DNA from: Octopus bimaculoides
Taxonomy: Eukaryota
NCBI RefSeq assembly: GCF_001194135.2
Contig: NC_068990.1
Span: forward strand, 82,154,923 to 82,218,922
Length of the DNA stretch: 64,000 nt
Direction: 5' to 3'
Shown here one piece after another: positions 12,775 through 26,656 of the stretch. The notes below the pieces were generated by a model that was given only the letters and a program-made list of their open reading frames with translations, was not told the DNA's origin and did not search any database. Position 1 is the stretch's first letter; the number at the start of each line of letters is the position of its first letter. The position numbers and the translations under genes were made by a program.

Positions 12775-13823
12775 AGAAAGAGAGAGAGATGGAGAGAGTG
12801 TGTGGGTGTATATGCGACTGAGATAATGAGAGTAAGGAAATGAGAGCATAGGAGTAAGGAAGGCAAAGGGAAGACTTTTCGACTACACATATTATCTGAA
12901 GTCGAATTGCAGAGAAGGTGTACATTATCACAAGAAGCAATCAATGTTCCTTGTGAAACGGAGAAAAGAGCTGCCGAAAAATGACAAGAAATACAAGAAG
13001 AAACAGAAGCAAGGTTTGAGATAAATAGATAAGAATATCAGAAAAACACACACTCAAAAATGTAAGAAAATGTAGCAAACTTTGAAGTAGAAAGATTACG
13101 ATTTATTGAAAGGAGACTGGAATAAACCCTGCCAATTTTCATTGATACTGCGGTTGTATTCCGCTAAAGAGTCTTAGTTAAAGATAACAAGAGAAGTAAA
13201 ATCCTATCAATTCTACAAGACACCCGTGTCTTTTATATAACCATTCGCATTCGGTTTACGCACGACATGCCGCTGAGGCTTAACCAGATATAGGGAAAGT
13301 AACACAAGGCATGACCTCATGGTTAAGAACTTCGCATCTCGGGAGCGAGGTTTCTTCTTCAGATGTGTTGGACACACTGTCAGGTCTACCCAAGCCTCGT
13401 GAGTAGAAATGAGATGATAGATTTTTATGAAGAAATCCGTCGAAAGGATTGTTTATTGTCGTAGGTGGTAGATGTAAGTAGAAGTAATGGACGATGACCA
13501 ATCCAAAACAATAAAAAAAGAAAAAGAGACGGTTAGAATCGCGCAAATATATAGACGAGTCCAGAACACATAAGTACCACACATACATAGTCACAAGTTT
13601 ATGTGTACATATACATACAGACAGTACATGCTAGTATTGTCACATTGCGTGACAAGTAAATCAAAATTGTACAACCAGCAGCATTATTAGTATTAGAAGG
13701 AAAAAAAGAAAAGAAGAGGAAGAAGAAAGAAAAGAAGTTAATCATAATAAATTTATTGTGGTTTGTTACATTGATAGCGAGACCTATTGTTAGGGTGTCT
13801 AATTTAAATTCTGTAACAGAGTA

Positions 13824-13826
13824 TGC

Positions 13827-13857
<31 letters not shown>

Positions 13858-14061
13858 TGTATGTATGTACGTATGTATGTATGTATGTATAACATCTATA
13901 TGTTCACATATATATATATATAACATATATAAACTCACATATATGCATATATACATACATACATATATATATATACACACTCACATATATGCATATTTAT
14001 ATATATATATGCACTCACATATATGCATATATATACATATAATTATATATAGGCAAATATG

Positions 14062-14117
<56 letters not shown>

Positions 14118-14300
14118 TGCATATATATATACATGCATCATACATATATTACATCATAAGCTAACGAGATGCACGTGTATGGGAAACCTTGTGAATAAAT
14201 ACATACGCATACACATTTACATATACTCTATATATTTGTGCACATATACTTACAACCTTTCACACACTCACACACACACACACACACATATATATATTTG
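13824..14300. repeat. (TATG)n/(TA)n/(CA)n compound microsatellite
   Basis: Direct inspection. Confidence 0.95.
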
Positions 14301-14610
14301 TGTGTGCTGTATGTGAGGGAGTGTGTGCGTGTGTGAGTCTGCCGGTGTGTACGCGCCCGACTGGTCATAAATACATACAAACATAATGTGAGACCAAGAG
14401 AAGAGAGATGGTGTTTCCAATTAGTTTCAGCCAAAGGATTTCTATAAAAGTATTGTTCTTATCAGAAATATCTTTAGAACAATGAGACCCCCGACTGCTG
14501 TAGAACTTTTGTCTGCTCAATGTTGTTGTTGTTGTTGTTGTCCTTGTTATAGTTTGTTTTTGTACGTAACTCATGTGTGTTACTGTGGCAATTATAGAAA
14601 AAAATCATCA

Positions 14611-14641
<31 letters not shown>

Positions 14642-14697
14642 CTTCTTCTTCTTCTTCTTCTTCTTCTTCTTCTTCTTCTTCTTCTTCTTCTTCTTCT
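14611..14697. repeat. (CTT)n array
   Basis: Direct inspection. Confidence 0.95.
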
Positions 14698-15198
14698 CGT
14701 CTGTTTTTGTTGCGTGCTATCACTGCACTATAGTGAACAGCTTCGTGGGTCTTGGGTATGTACAGCGTTCTGTTTCGGATTTGCATATTTTATTATATTG
14801 AAAGTAATCTATGTAATATGTTATGAGATATGTGTGTGTGTGTGCATATGTGTATGTATGAATATATATATATATATATATTATTCAATAAACACAATTT
14901 ATGTTTTTATGTACTACTATTAGAGTTTCATGTGCTGAGAACAAACCATATATTGTTTTATAACATGTCTGGTGTTGCAGCACAATCATCAGACAGTGCC
15001 CACATGCCATGTGAGCAGTGTCTCATAATTGTGCTGGGATACCAGACGTGTTCTAAAACACTGTTTAGCATATTCTCAGCACATGAAACTAATAGTAGCA
15101 AATAAAAATATATATTATGTTTAGTAAATAATATTTATATCTCACAAGATGGAATACTTCTTTTGTTGATCTTACCATCACAGAACAGTATACAATAT

Positions 15199-15234
<36 letters not shown>

Positions 15235-15374
15235 NNNNNNNNNNNNNNNNNNNNNNNNNNNNNNNNNNNNNNNNNNNNNNNNNNNNNNNNNNNNNNNNNN
15301 NNNTATATGCATGTCAGGCTGAAGTGCTTTGGTTATATATTTGCCCTTCTGACCATTCCTGATCCAATCCTTAC

Positions 15375-15447
15375 ATTCTGGTAATCTTTGTTTCATGAAT
15401 AAATGACGAGGTGGGTGGTCGTCGATAGAGCCCCTTGGAATATATAT
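15375..15447 (-). CDS. Candidate 73-nt exon (IYSKGLYRRPPTSSFIHETKITR)
   Basis: Acceptor ccttgatttagcag, donor AAT|gtaagg. Phase 1-2, open frame. Confidence 0.4.
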
Positions 15448-15992
15448 CTGCTAAATCAAGGCTCACATGTGACGACACGTCTACCCAAGCACGCGCACGC
15501 ACACCCACACATACACTTATATAAATCAGCGAGTAGGCCTCTGTGTAATCCCTCAACCAAGTAGAAAGCAAATATCCTTTCAGCATAAACAAACAGAAAG
15601 ACGTATTTTGTTATATAGTTCAGATAATGATTGCAGAATAAAAGACTGTAAGGTCACTCGTGGTAAGCATTTGGTCATAGTTCTGCTCATTCAAAGCTGA
15701 CATGGGATTAAACAACAACGGTGACGATGGCAACAACGACGACAGCTCGATCAATTATCGTTGACGCTAATTGGGGCAGTGAAGATATCAAAATGACAAA
15801 ACGACACATAAAACTAAAATCACAAACAACTGAAGCGTTGTTACTAGTTTACGTTTAAATGTTCAATTAAGTAGTTACCAGCTGAGTCTTCAGAAACCCT
15901 AGGGTATTTAAAAATTTAGCTAAGGATATCCGGAAACTTTAAATTAAAATAACATGATTGGCAAAGACATTGAAATTTGTATTCCCAAAGAG

Positions 15993-16036
<44 letters not shown>

Positions 16037-16131
16037 NNNNNNNNNNNNNNNNNNNNNNNNNNNNNNNNNNNNNNNNNNNNNNNNNNNNNNNNNNNNNNNN
16101 NNNNNNNNNNNNNNNNNNNNNNNNNNNNNNN

Positions 16132-16185
<54 letters not shown>

Positions 16186-16989
16186 TGAATGTGTACTGTG
16201 GGCGTAAAAGATTACCCCTGGAGTTTCTGTTTTCTCTGGAATAAAGTAATGCTTATATGCCTTTATTTTACTCGTACCTTAAGCGTAGGAAGATAGAGCG
16301 ACGAGATTATAAAAATGCTGGAAACAAGTGGCTGAAATTGTTAGCGTTTACGGTATCATAACTCTTCATTAGATGAATGATTTGTGCTCTGATCGATAAA
16401 ATGGTTAAATTGGACAAAATGGATGAGTCGTATAAACTGGGTAATTTGGAGGAAAAGGTAAGGAGAAGAATGAAATAAATTGGTAGTCGGATATGCAGAA
16501 ACTCGTTTATAACTTTGCTGTTCTGAAACTAAATATGTTTTTCTATGTGGTAAGTTTATCACTGCGATTCATGCCTGTGTTGTTTCCTAATGAATTGTGC
16601 CTCCACAATTCAAAGGTTTATAGTATCCCTCTGTATCGCTAATTCCTATGTCTTTTTATATCTTCGGCATGTTAATCTGATAAAATATTGTGTTACTTGC
16701 CGTTGATATGTAAAAATGTTTTGCTATTTCCTCGATGAGATCTGTATGTATACAGGTAGAAAAAGTTTGCAAAGGATTTTTTTGCTCAGACACAATGGTC
16801 AGTCACTGTCTGTTTATTCGCTTTCAAATCTGATTAGCTTGGAGCAGGAGTGACCCATTTTTTGTGTTACTGTGCTGACTCGAGGATGAATATTGTTCTA
16901 GGGTATGTCCATGCCTTGCTATTCTGACAGGAAGACCAAACCACTTTCTAAACATTTTAGTCTAATTTCCATTGTCTTAGTGTTTTTTG

Positions 16990-17780
16990 TTTTTGTTTCT
17001 CTCTTTCATTTGGTATTATCTCTGACACTAACCGCCTTACTGACCCCAGTTTCTGCTGATCCGAGTCATATCCTTTTCTTCTTTCTCTCGGTGCCCACAG
17101 AACGACGGTGAAAGAACTGACAGGACCATACAGTGAAAACTGTTCTCCTGGCCCTATTACGTAGACCCTGACATTCATTCGTTGTACAAAGCATGACTTG
17201 AAGCCACTGGATCATAGCAGCTCTCTGAAGTCATTCTGCGAAAAGCTGGCCTGTGTGATCTTGTCACATCTGCCCATCCACGAGTAAAAAGCTTTATGGC
17301 CGCCTGTTATGTTAGACTGTGTTGGTATATAAAATGTGGACGGAGAAAATTACCTTTTTTTTTACTTGTTCCTTGTTGGGTTAAACCGGAAGGAAAGAAC
17401 GAAGTGTAGTCGAGTAAGGTATTTGATATGAAACTTGATGATGCAATGGAGGGTATTTTTGTGGCCTCTTCTTTGAAATGCCTCAGCATAGGAATGTCAT
17501 CTGTTTATCTCAAGTACAGTGTCATACATCGTTCATAGTTCACTACCTTGTTATCCAGATCTTCTAGTGTAAGTAAGGATGACTAGAATTCCATAAGTCT
17601 GCATTTCATCCGAAGAATCGCAAGTGGATGGTAATTTTCAGCTGAAAAACGTGTTGGTGGTGCAAATTCTATGAGGGTTCCGAAACTTGTTGAATGGAAA
17701 ACTACTGAAAATTTTGAGCTTTTTTTTTCCAGGCGCTGTTAAATGGTTTCTGCTGTTGGTATGCTGTCCTAAAGTATCAA
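16990..17780 (-). mobile_element. Old RTE-like RT relic
   Basis: LEDLDNKVVNYERCMTLYLR*TDDIPMLRHFKEE resembles LRYADD..EE, HFIYQHSLT resembles FxYLGSxIT, and HCMVLSVL resembles CxVxSVLLYG. The motif order is conserved; multiple stops. Confidence 0.5.
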
Positions 17781-18581
17781 TATAATAACAGCAGAAGTCA
17801 TATAACCAGTTTAATTAGCAACATAACACAGAGAAGTATTTCAGCAGAGGTTAACATGCCGAGAAAATATAGACAGTTGTCTTAGCGACATAAACATGGA
17901 TGCTGCAAATCTCTGCTGAAGAACTACATCATCTGTGTTCCTCTTGCTAAAACATCCCTGTGTGTCTTGTTAAGACGTCTGTTTGTGACTCGTTAAAACA
18001 TTGGTGTACATCTCGCTAAAACATGTTATATTTAAAGCTTCCATTGCCGAGGAACTTCTCATTAGCAAAAAGAACCCTACCCTGAACTGCAGATAGGTGC
18101 TAGATACATGGAGGTACATATTTCGTATTTGTGGACTGTAAAGCACGAACGACGTATCGCATTTCCAATTCTCTTCAACTCCATTTCTCCGTTCCTTTTC
18201 CTTTGTCGTGCTCTGTATATCTAATTTACCAAGTTAAGTGTTTAGATCACAGACCAGCTTGTCTAATGAGGAATTATATACTCGAATATACTAACAAACG
18301 AAGCGTTAAAACTTGAACCTGTGACATGGCCTCAACTTAACAGTTGTTTACTATTTCAGTTCGATATTGCGTTGTTTTCTCAGTTTGTTGTTGCCATTTT
18401 ACAGTAAATTGCACATAATTTCACCGAATTACAACCCACAGAACAAATATGTTGCATGAGATACGCCATGACATTATCGTTTAAACTCTCATTTAATGAT
18501 GATAAAAAAAAAGAGATGACAGGAAGAGAGCGAAGGAGAGAGAATAGAAGAACCAGAGAGAGAGAGAGAGAGGAGAGAGGG

Positions 18582-18667
<86 letters not shown>

Positions 18668-19342
18668 TTAGGTAAGAAACAGATAGTAAAGCCAAGCTGA
18701 ATATTTATTACCAAATATCTCTTTTGGGTTGTAAATTATAGCGTTTATATATGGTGGTTTAGTGACATTAGCCGTCCAATTGGGACAGACCGGACAATGA
18801 ATTTGGTTTTATGATGTGATAAAGGCATCCTCAACTGAATATAGCGAATCAACCAGATGTTATATTTAAAGCCTTTTTCTCACCTTTTATTATGTCAAAT
18901 TCAAATCTATTTAATTATATTATCATAGAGCACAACCAAAATACTCTGTTTGTAGACTTTTCTCCCACTCATATTGTTTTTATTAATGCATAATGTAGGA
19001 GATCAAGAAGTGTCTACACCATTTGCAGACCTTTCTAGGCTGGTGCTGTTTGTATTAATGTTCTTTATTTCATATTACATCGCAATTTATAGATTATAAC
19101 ATCATTGATTACTACTCCTTTACGGGTGTGTGACGGAGCCAACCCTTGATTGAGTCATTGCCTTTCTGGTAGCCAAGATAGAACAGGGAGTGTGTCTGTA
19201 ACTCGGTGCAGAACAAGCATGACAAGGTACTTCATTTAAAGAGCAGCTGTTTAACGAATTTCTCACTTTACATACTTTACTGATATACACCGATAAAAGT
19301 TACACGCACGCGCACGCACACACACACACACACACACACAAA

Positions 19343-19386
<44 letters not shown>

Positions 19387-19789
19387 TATAGTTTTGAAAA
19401 TATGATTGCATTTTTGCTTTATCTTGCTTGTCATATTTTTTCTTCATATTTCCATACGAAATCCTGGATGCTTTCTTCATCTTCGGTGTGATGTGATGAT
19501 ATGGATGTTTTTAGTCTTTTAGTGAAGAAGAAAGGCAATGGCCATGACCATTCCCAGAGCCCCCCAAATTAGTGAAAGGAAGAGAGGGTATGGGATACTC
19601 AAACTAACGATCCCCCACCGAATGCTTGAAACAGAGTGCAACCCGCTAAAAGTAACGAAGTCCTAGGGTTGTAGAGTTAAATCAGGCGACGGATAAGTCT
19701 ACTTCTATTAAATTAGGTCACGATGGGATTTGAACTCGGAAAGCAAAAACCGGATATATGCATATATTTATATATTATTTATATTATAT

Positions 19790-19845
<56 letters not shown>

Positions 19846-20711
19846 CTTAACATCGATGTCTTGCTAGAACACCAAATGCTGCGTTGTTAACTTTGAGGGA
19901 TCATCTCATATAGGCGTTTGGTACATAAAAGTACACATATAGAATGTAGCAAACGAGGATCGTATATATGTATATATGTATACATACATACATATACATG
20001 CATATATATAATAAATATATTAATAAATGTATGTGTAAATATATAAAAAATATATTAATAAATTTACATATATATATATGCGTATATATAAGAAATATAA
20101 TACACATATATGTATGTGTATGTATGTATGTGTATATATAGATATACATATACAGATATAAAACGCAAAATACAAAATGCTAGCAATCGTAAAGAATTTC
20201 TAACGCTTTTAGACACTGCTTATAAATGAATCAGTGCTGAAAAGCAACGAAAACACTATTTTGTAACCTGAATCCCAAAGAATTTGAAGGTAAAGAACCT
20301 TTCCGCTTCACTTCTGGTATAAATAAGCTAGTGCACACAACTTCCTTTTTTATAGATCATACACACTTTAGCTTGCACTAAAACAGTACCAGCTCTTAGG
20401 GTAATACAATTATAGTTTTCATTCTATGTGATCAACACCGTGAGCTGGAGTTCTATAATAGTATTCTATATTCGAACATCCATGATTAAACAGTTCTTCC
20501 TCAAATTAGCGTATTATCATTTACTATGACAAAAGGTCTAATCTGATAAAAGATCAATGCGTTTTTGTAAGTGTGCATGATCTATGAGTTGTCTACAAAA
20601 TATTTGCTCGGCTATTTCTTAGCCACAGGTCTGACCGAACGGAAACAATATCGGATAATATACATCTATCATATTTATGACAATATTATGATTATGTTAA
20701 CATCGTTGTAA

Positions 20712-20810
20712 TTTGTGAAGATCATTTTGTTAATACTTACAAGTTTTGTGAAGATAATTTTGTTAATACTTACAAGTTTTGTGAAGATCATCTTGTTAAT
20801 ACTTGCAAGT
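20712..20810. repeat. 33-bp minisatellite x3
   Basis: Unit tttgtgaagatcattttgttaatacttacaagt, with 1-2 substitutions per copy. Confidence 0.9.
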
Positions 20811-21189
20811 TCTGGTTGTAGTTCACTTCAGTTATACTATTAATTAATCATTGATTATTTTATTGCAAACTTTTCGTCTTACTGCAGCGTACTTTTCAAT
20901 GATTCTCTATTCTATAATTGATTTTCGTGTTTTCAATGCCATCTCTATGTGAAACATATGCTGTGCTTATTTCTGTTTTTATTGCTAATAGAAGATCGTG
21001 AGTTTAGGTATATTGTGACTCAGTTTGTATACACATGTGCAGCTTATAACTTGTGCATGTGTGTGTGTATATGCGTGTGTGTGTTCGTGTATATGTGTGA
21101 TGGTTAACTTTGCTATTATTTTATCTTTGCTCCTGTGATATTGTGGTGATTGTGGGTAATGTTGTCCGTGTGATATTGTGGTGATTGTA

Positions 21190-21520
21190 GGTGATAATTA
21201 ATCTAGTCATTCCTTCTATTGATCGTATGTATAGATCAGAAGCAACTCCCAGTATGCGTACTGCATCTGTAACTTAACGTAGCACCAGATTTTTTCGGAT
21301 GTGTAGAAGAAATTTCTATTACAACATTGTTATTGAGCCATTGTAAGGCATGTTGTTTTGTGTAGCTTTCTCCCATATTTCTCCTGTATAGATTGTGGTG
21401 GTGTCCTTACACTGCTCTGTGAACTTAGCGGTACACATCCTAGTTCTGTAGTTTATTTGGGAATTCATTGCAACCATTCGGTACAGATTTTCTTAAGTGG
21501 ATGTGATTTAGTTATGCTGA
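21190..21520 (-). mobile_element. Possible old RTE-like relic
   Basis: LYRMVAMNSQINYRTRM...TTIYTGEIW loosely resembles IWxxxxISxxTKxRL...LLYGCETW; in-frame stops. Confidence 0.35.
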
Positions 21521-22879
21521 CTTGGTGAATATGACTTTTCTATTACTTCAAATTTTAAGCTTCACTTTGTGTAATGCTTTTAAAAAAGAATTTGTCTAGC
21601 GTATATCTGTAGCTTTGTGGATTATCTAGAGAAGAAGAGCAGTTATTTTTAACTGTTGTAGTCCCTGTGATAGTATCCTTACACTGGAAACGTAACTAGA
21701 AATTTTGCTAGAAGACTGGACTTCTACTAAATAATCCCTATAACCAGGTTAAGAGAATAAATTACTGTAGCACATTTGTTAAATATAATATACGCAAGAT
21801 ACGCAAATATAAAATTTATATATCCATTTACAAATATAAATAGAAAAGTTGTATAGTTTTGTTGTTTCGCAGCTGGTTATCACTAATTAAACAGACCTAT
21901 GATACATATGAACATACACTTCTAGTCGAGCAGCATATCTGTCTTGTTATGCTACATTTCATTCCGTCTTGCGTATTTTCTAGTGCCAAACTAGCTGTGT
22001 TGATGTTGCTACAGCAGAAGCTGGTTATGAAGACTCGGTTCAGGAGGACTTCTTGTTCGAAAGCAAAATGTCCATTAATTTACAAGATCAAAAATAAACT
22101 GCTTTAACGTTTTGGGAAAGTAGATATACGCCTCATCGTGCAAGATTCAATGCAGCTGGAACGACAGTAAGGTAAGCGACTTATATTTCTGGTATTTTAG
22201 TGTCGCTGATGAATAAAACAGCTCACATAAATTTTCAGAGGAATGTCTTGCTGACAATAATCTGTGTAATGTAATTAAATTTAGTAATTATAATAATTCC
22301 ATGTAACGTAAGAGGTCACCATAATTTTACTACTGAATAAGCATCTAACGAAAACCAGTTGATATCGTATCCTCAGTTGATTTACTTGTAAGGATAGATG
22401 GAGTGGTTTAGTTGAATGTTAAATGAACAGCGAATTTTCTGTGAACTAGTAGCTGTCTCTGAAGTCATTTCAATGAAGGATGTGACTGAAATTTGATATT
22501 CATATATTTCCTACAAGCCAATGTTCAGAAAGTAGAATAATGATCTCTTTTCCATGTATACGCATACAGTCTGTTTTGTCTTCAGCTCACATAATTTTTT
22601 TCTTTTTCGCACATACACATGCATATGATTCTACGTTCTTGTAAATTATATATTTATTTGTATTTTACTAACCTCAATGTTGAAGAAAACGCCGTATGAG
22701 GGCAATACGTTCAAGGTTATTTAAAACCCTACAAGTTAAGTACAACAGCAAGGCAAGGATTGCAGACATTTAATAATTTAATAGAGTATCACATCTCATA
22801 CTTCCTTTATTTCAACATTGTGATTTCTTTTAGATTACATTAAAAAACTATAGGAAGAAAGTAACATTTTTTTTCCAGC

Positions 22880-23040
22880 TTTTCGTTTTGAGTTCAAATT
22901 CCGCCGAGGTTGACTTAGACTTTCATCTCTTCAGGATCGATAAAATAAATATCAGTTGAACACTGGGGGCTGATGTAATTGACTTACCCCCTCCCTCGGA
23001 ATTGCTAGCCTTGTGCCAAAATTTGAAACGATTATTACTA
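22880..23040 (+). mobile_element. SINE family C, 5'-truncated
   Basis: gagttcaaattccgccgagg..ctttcatc..tcgataaaataa..ccttgtgccaaaatttgaaac. Confidence 0.75.
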
Positions 23041-23052
23041 TTTATTATCTTT

Positions 23053-23453
23053 CGGCCCGGGGCCTATGGATAACAGCCCTGGCCTGGCAGTGCTACAAGA
23101 AAACTCTGCAGGATCGAGACAAGCTTTACAGATATGGAAGCACTGTCAGACGAACCTGTCCGAGGTATGTGCAGTGTGACAAAACCGTACTGCACACACT
23201 CATCCGGTGTCCGTGCATTACTGACTTGTGGAGCTTTGTCGAACAGGTGTTATCGCGTGCAGGACGGATCCGGTTATCAGCCGAGTCCGTCGTGAAGATC
23301 GCCCTGCCGCCTTCATTTGGCCGTGAAGGAAAGGCAGTTTTCCTCTGTCTGGTGGTTATGGCGAAGGAGGTAGTGTGGTGGACGAAACTGAAAGGACTGA
23401 TGACAGATATTTTCCTCTTCCACCAAGCCCTCATCGACTTTTTTCAAGTTTAA
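23053..23453 (+). mobile_element. Tx1/L1-clade LINE ORF2 C-terminal zinc-knuckle fragment
   Basis: ALAWQCYKKTLQDRDKLYRYG..TCPRYVQCDKTVLHTLIRCPCITDLW matches the CxxC-x8-HxxxxC..W (zf-RVT-like) end of L1/Tx1 ORF2. Confidence 0.75.
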
Positions 23454-23592
23454 GGATGTTGAATGAAACACCTATGTTTCCAGAGGTGAATAATCCAAAC
23501 CCCAAAGAATTCGTCTCAACACACGGCAATGATGCCTCCCCCAACTACTTCTGCTCGTGATCAGAGATGCACATATCTTCAGTCACTATGGC

Positions 23593-23700
23593 CTTCTTCT
23601 TCTTCTTCTTCTTCTTCTTCTTCTTCTTCTTCTTCTTCTTCTTCTTCTTCTTCTTCTTCTTCTTCTTCTTCTTCTTCTTCTTCTCCTTCTTCTCCTTCTC
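23593..23700. repeat. (CTT)n array
   Basis: Direct inspection. Confidence 0.95.
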
Positions 23701-24213
23701 ATTATTATTGTAATAAAAGCCTTTTAGAATTTAGTTACTTCTCTTTTCTTGCCAATTTCAGTTTTCTCTCAGAACCACTTTGCCTGACTTCCAATTATTT
23801 TATTATTTTATTTTTTGTTGCCGTTCACTTCCAACAACATTTTCATTGGCTAAAAAAAAGCTTCCAGATACCATTCCTGCTTTATGAAATGTTCCATTGC
23901 TTAGCATATTAAAAGTCATCTTTTATTGATTTATGGTATTTGCAACGAAAAAATAATAACGTTTAAATTACGTTTAGAATTTTTCAAATCCAACCAAGCC
24001 TATCCTATTTAAGTACAATATATTCCAGTAATATTGAATTAAATACATAAAGCAAATGGAGAGCATGCTGAAATCCAATTCGTGTAAATAATCTCCGAGC
24101 TGATGTATATTTCTAATGACTTATTCAAATAACGGCTTTCACATTGCAAATCAACATACCAAAACTACTTACAATTTACTGATTAATTTACTGATTAATT
24201 ATATAACCATCGT

Positions 24214-24604
24214 GTGGAGGCGCAATGGCCCAGTGGTTAGAGCAGCGAACTCGCGGTCATAGTATCGCAGTTTCGATTCCCAGAACGGGCGTTGTGAGTG
24301 TTTATTGAGCGAAAACACCTAAAGCTCCACGAGGCTCCGGCAGGGGGATGGTGGCGAACCCTGCTATACTCTTTCACCACAACTTTCTCTCACTCTTACT
24401 TCCCTGTTTCTGTTGTGCCTGTAATTCAAAGGGTCGGCCTTGTCACACTCTGTGTCACGCTGAATATCCCCGAGAACTACGTTAAGGATACACGTGTCTG
24501 TGGAGTGCTCAGCCACTTGCACGTTAATTTCACGAGCAAGCTGTTCCGTTGATCGGATCAACTGGAATCCTCGACGTCGTAAGCGACGGAGTGCCAACAA
24601 CAAC
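24214..24604 (+). mobile_element. SINE family A, full length with TSD
   Basis: A-box tggcccagtgg, B-box gtttcgattccc and an (AAC)n tail. Perfect 13-bp TSD atataaccatcgt at 24201-24213 and 24605-24617. Confidence 0.92.
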
Positions 24605-24756
24605 ATATAACCATCGTATATATTTGTGTGGCTACACAGAAATACATACGCACACACACATGCACGCACACACATAAACACACGCTCACACAGTCACATA
24701 CACACACATATAGGTGCACGCATAGACATCTACACATAAATGCATGATAATGATGT

Positions 24757-25172
24757 TTACTCTTTACTCTCTCTTTCCTCTTTTATTTGTTTCAGTCATT
24801 TGACTGCGGCCATGCTGGAGCACTGCCTTTAGTCGAGCAAATCGGCCCCAGGAATTATTCTTTGTAAGCCTAGTACTTGTTCGATCGGTCTTTTGCCGAA
24901 CCGCTAAGTTACGGGGGACGTAAACACACCAGCATCAGTTGTCAAGCGATGTTAGGGGGGGGGGTAATCGTAGACACACAAACATATACACACACATACA
25001 TATATACATATATACGATAAGCTTCTTTCAGTTTCCGTCTACCAAATCCACTCACAAGGCTTTGGTCGGTCCGAGCCTATAGAAGAAGACTCTTGCCCAA
25101 GGTGCCACGCAGTGGGAATGAACCCGGAACCATGTGGTTGGTTAGCAAGCTACTTACCACACAGCCACTCCT
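24757..25172 (-). mobile_element. SINE family B, full length
   Basis: Both halves with a short internal (CA/TA)n. Confidence 0.88.
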
Positions 25173-26656
25173 CTATATGTACGCGGGTGTATAGACAGGG
25201 TTGTAGTTTAGGTATATGCATGAATATACGGTTCACCAGTATTAATATGAAAGTTTATATGTGTAGACGAGTGTATATGTAGACGTTTATACGTCCGCAC
25301 GCACACGCGCTGACACGCACATATACATTCATTATACACGCGGATATAAACAAATTATTCAAACTCCATTCGACAGATATACACAACGTTTTAATAAACT
25401 ATAACTCTTATATGTTCGACACATATTTATATGTATATGTTTGTGTGTGTGCGTATATAGGTATATCTATCTTTACATACGTATGTGTCTGTGAATTTGT
25501 TTGTGTGTGTGTGTGTGTGTATGTGTGTGTGTGTGTGTTTATTTACTGAACTATTCCCGTTTTTATGCTTTTCCTCTTGGTTTTGATTGCTGTCTTGTTT
25601 ATTGTAATAATGTCTAATAGCTTAGCGAGACATTCACTTTTCTCTTTCAGCCTATTGACTTCTCAGTCGTTCATGCTGAGGTCGTCGACTGCTATTATAT
25701 ATTATATACATGCGTGCACGCATACCTATATACATGCATACATACATACATACATACATATATACATACATACATGCATACATACATACATACATACACA
25801 CTCATACACATGTTTACATACATACATAAATACACACACACTCATACAAACATGTGTACATACATACATACATGCATAGATGCATACATTCATAGTACAT
25901 ACATACATTCATACATACATCCATCCATCCATCCATCCATACATACATACATACACACTCACACACACACACATCCACGTTTGTACATCCATACATCCAT
26001 CCATACATACATACACACACACTCTCACACAGACACGTGTGTACATCCATCCACACACATACATTCATTCANNNNNNNNNNNNNNNNNNNNNNNNNNNNN
26101 NNNNNNNNNNNNNNNNNNNNNNNNNNNNNNNNNNNNNNNNNNNNNNNNNNNNNNNNNNNNNNNNNNNNNNNNNNNNNNNNNNNNNNNNNNNNNNNNNNNN
26201 NNNNNNNNNNNNNNNNNNNNNNNNNNNNNNNNNNNNNNNNNNNNNNNNNNNNNNNNNNNNNNNNNNNNNNNNNNNNNNNNNNNNNNNNNNNNNNNNNNNN
26301 NNNNNNNNNNNNNNNNNNNNNNNNNNNNNNNNNNNNNNNNNNNNNNNNNNNNNNNNNNNNNNNNNNNNNNNNNNNNNNNNNNNNNNNNNNNNNNNNNNNN
26401 NNNNNNNNNNNNNNNNNNNNNNNNNNNNNNNNNNNNNNNNNNNNNNNNNNNNNNNNNNNNNNNNNNNNNNNNNNNNNNNNNNNNNNNNNNNNNNNNNNNN
26501 NNNNNNNNNNNNNNNNNNNNNNNNNNNNNNNNNNNNNNNNNNNNNNNNNNNNNNNNNNNNNNNNNNNNNNNNNNNNNNNAAGAGATTTAACCTTAGATGG
26601 CGGAATAAGGATCGGATCTGGTCTGAATGTTTGCAGCAGAGTGGATTCCTCTAAAA

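Noticed and set aside
17354-17768. A 138-codon minus-strand frame bounded by ag/gt with only three stops (TAA, TAG, TAA). It suggested stop-codon recoding by A-to-I editing or a TAR=Gln code.
   Set aside because: The segment carries colinear RTE RT motifs (LR*TDD resembling LRYADD, then FIY.., CMVLSVL downstream). Decay of a LINE explains the stops more simply.
20712-20810. 33-bp repeats of CRISPR-like length
   Set aside because: The units are contiguous with no spacers, the context is eukaryotic, and there are no cas genes.
23013-23453. 146-aa Cys-rich ORF as a host zinc-finger gene
   Set aside because: It is a SINE C tail fused to a Tx1/L1 ORF2 C-terminal fragment.
24214-24290. tRNA-like sequence with A and B boxes (also at 37421, 57346, 62921)
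   Set aside because: No complete cloverleaf. It continues into a SINE body and tail with TSDs, so these are SINE heads, not tRNA genes.
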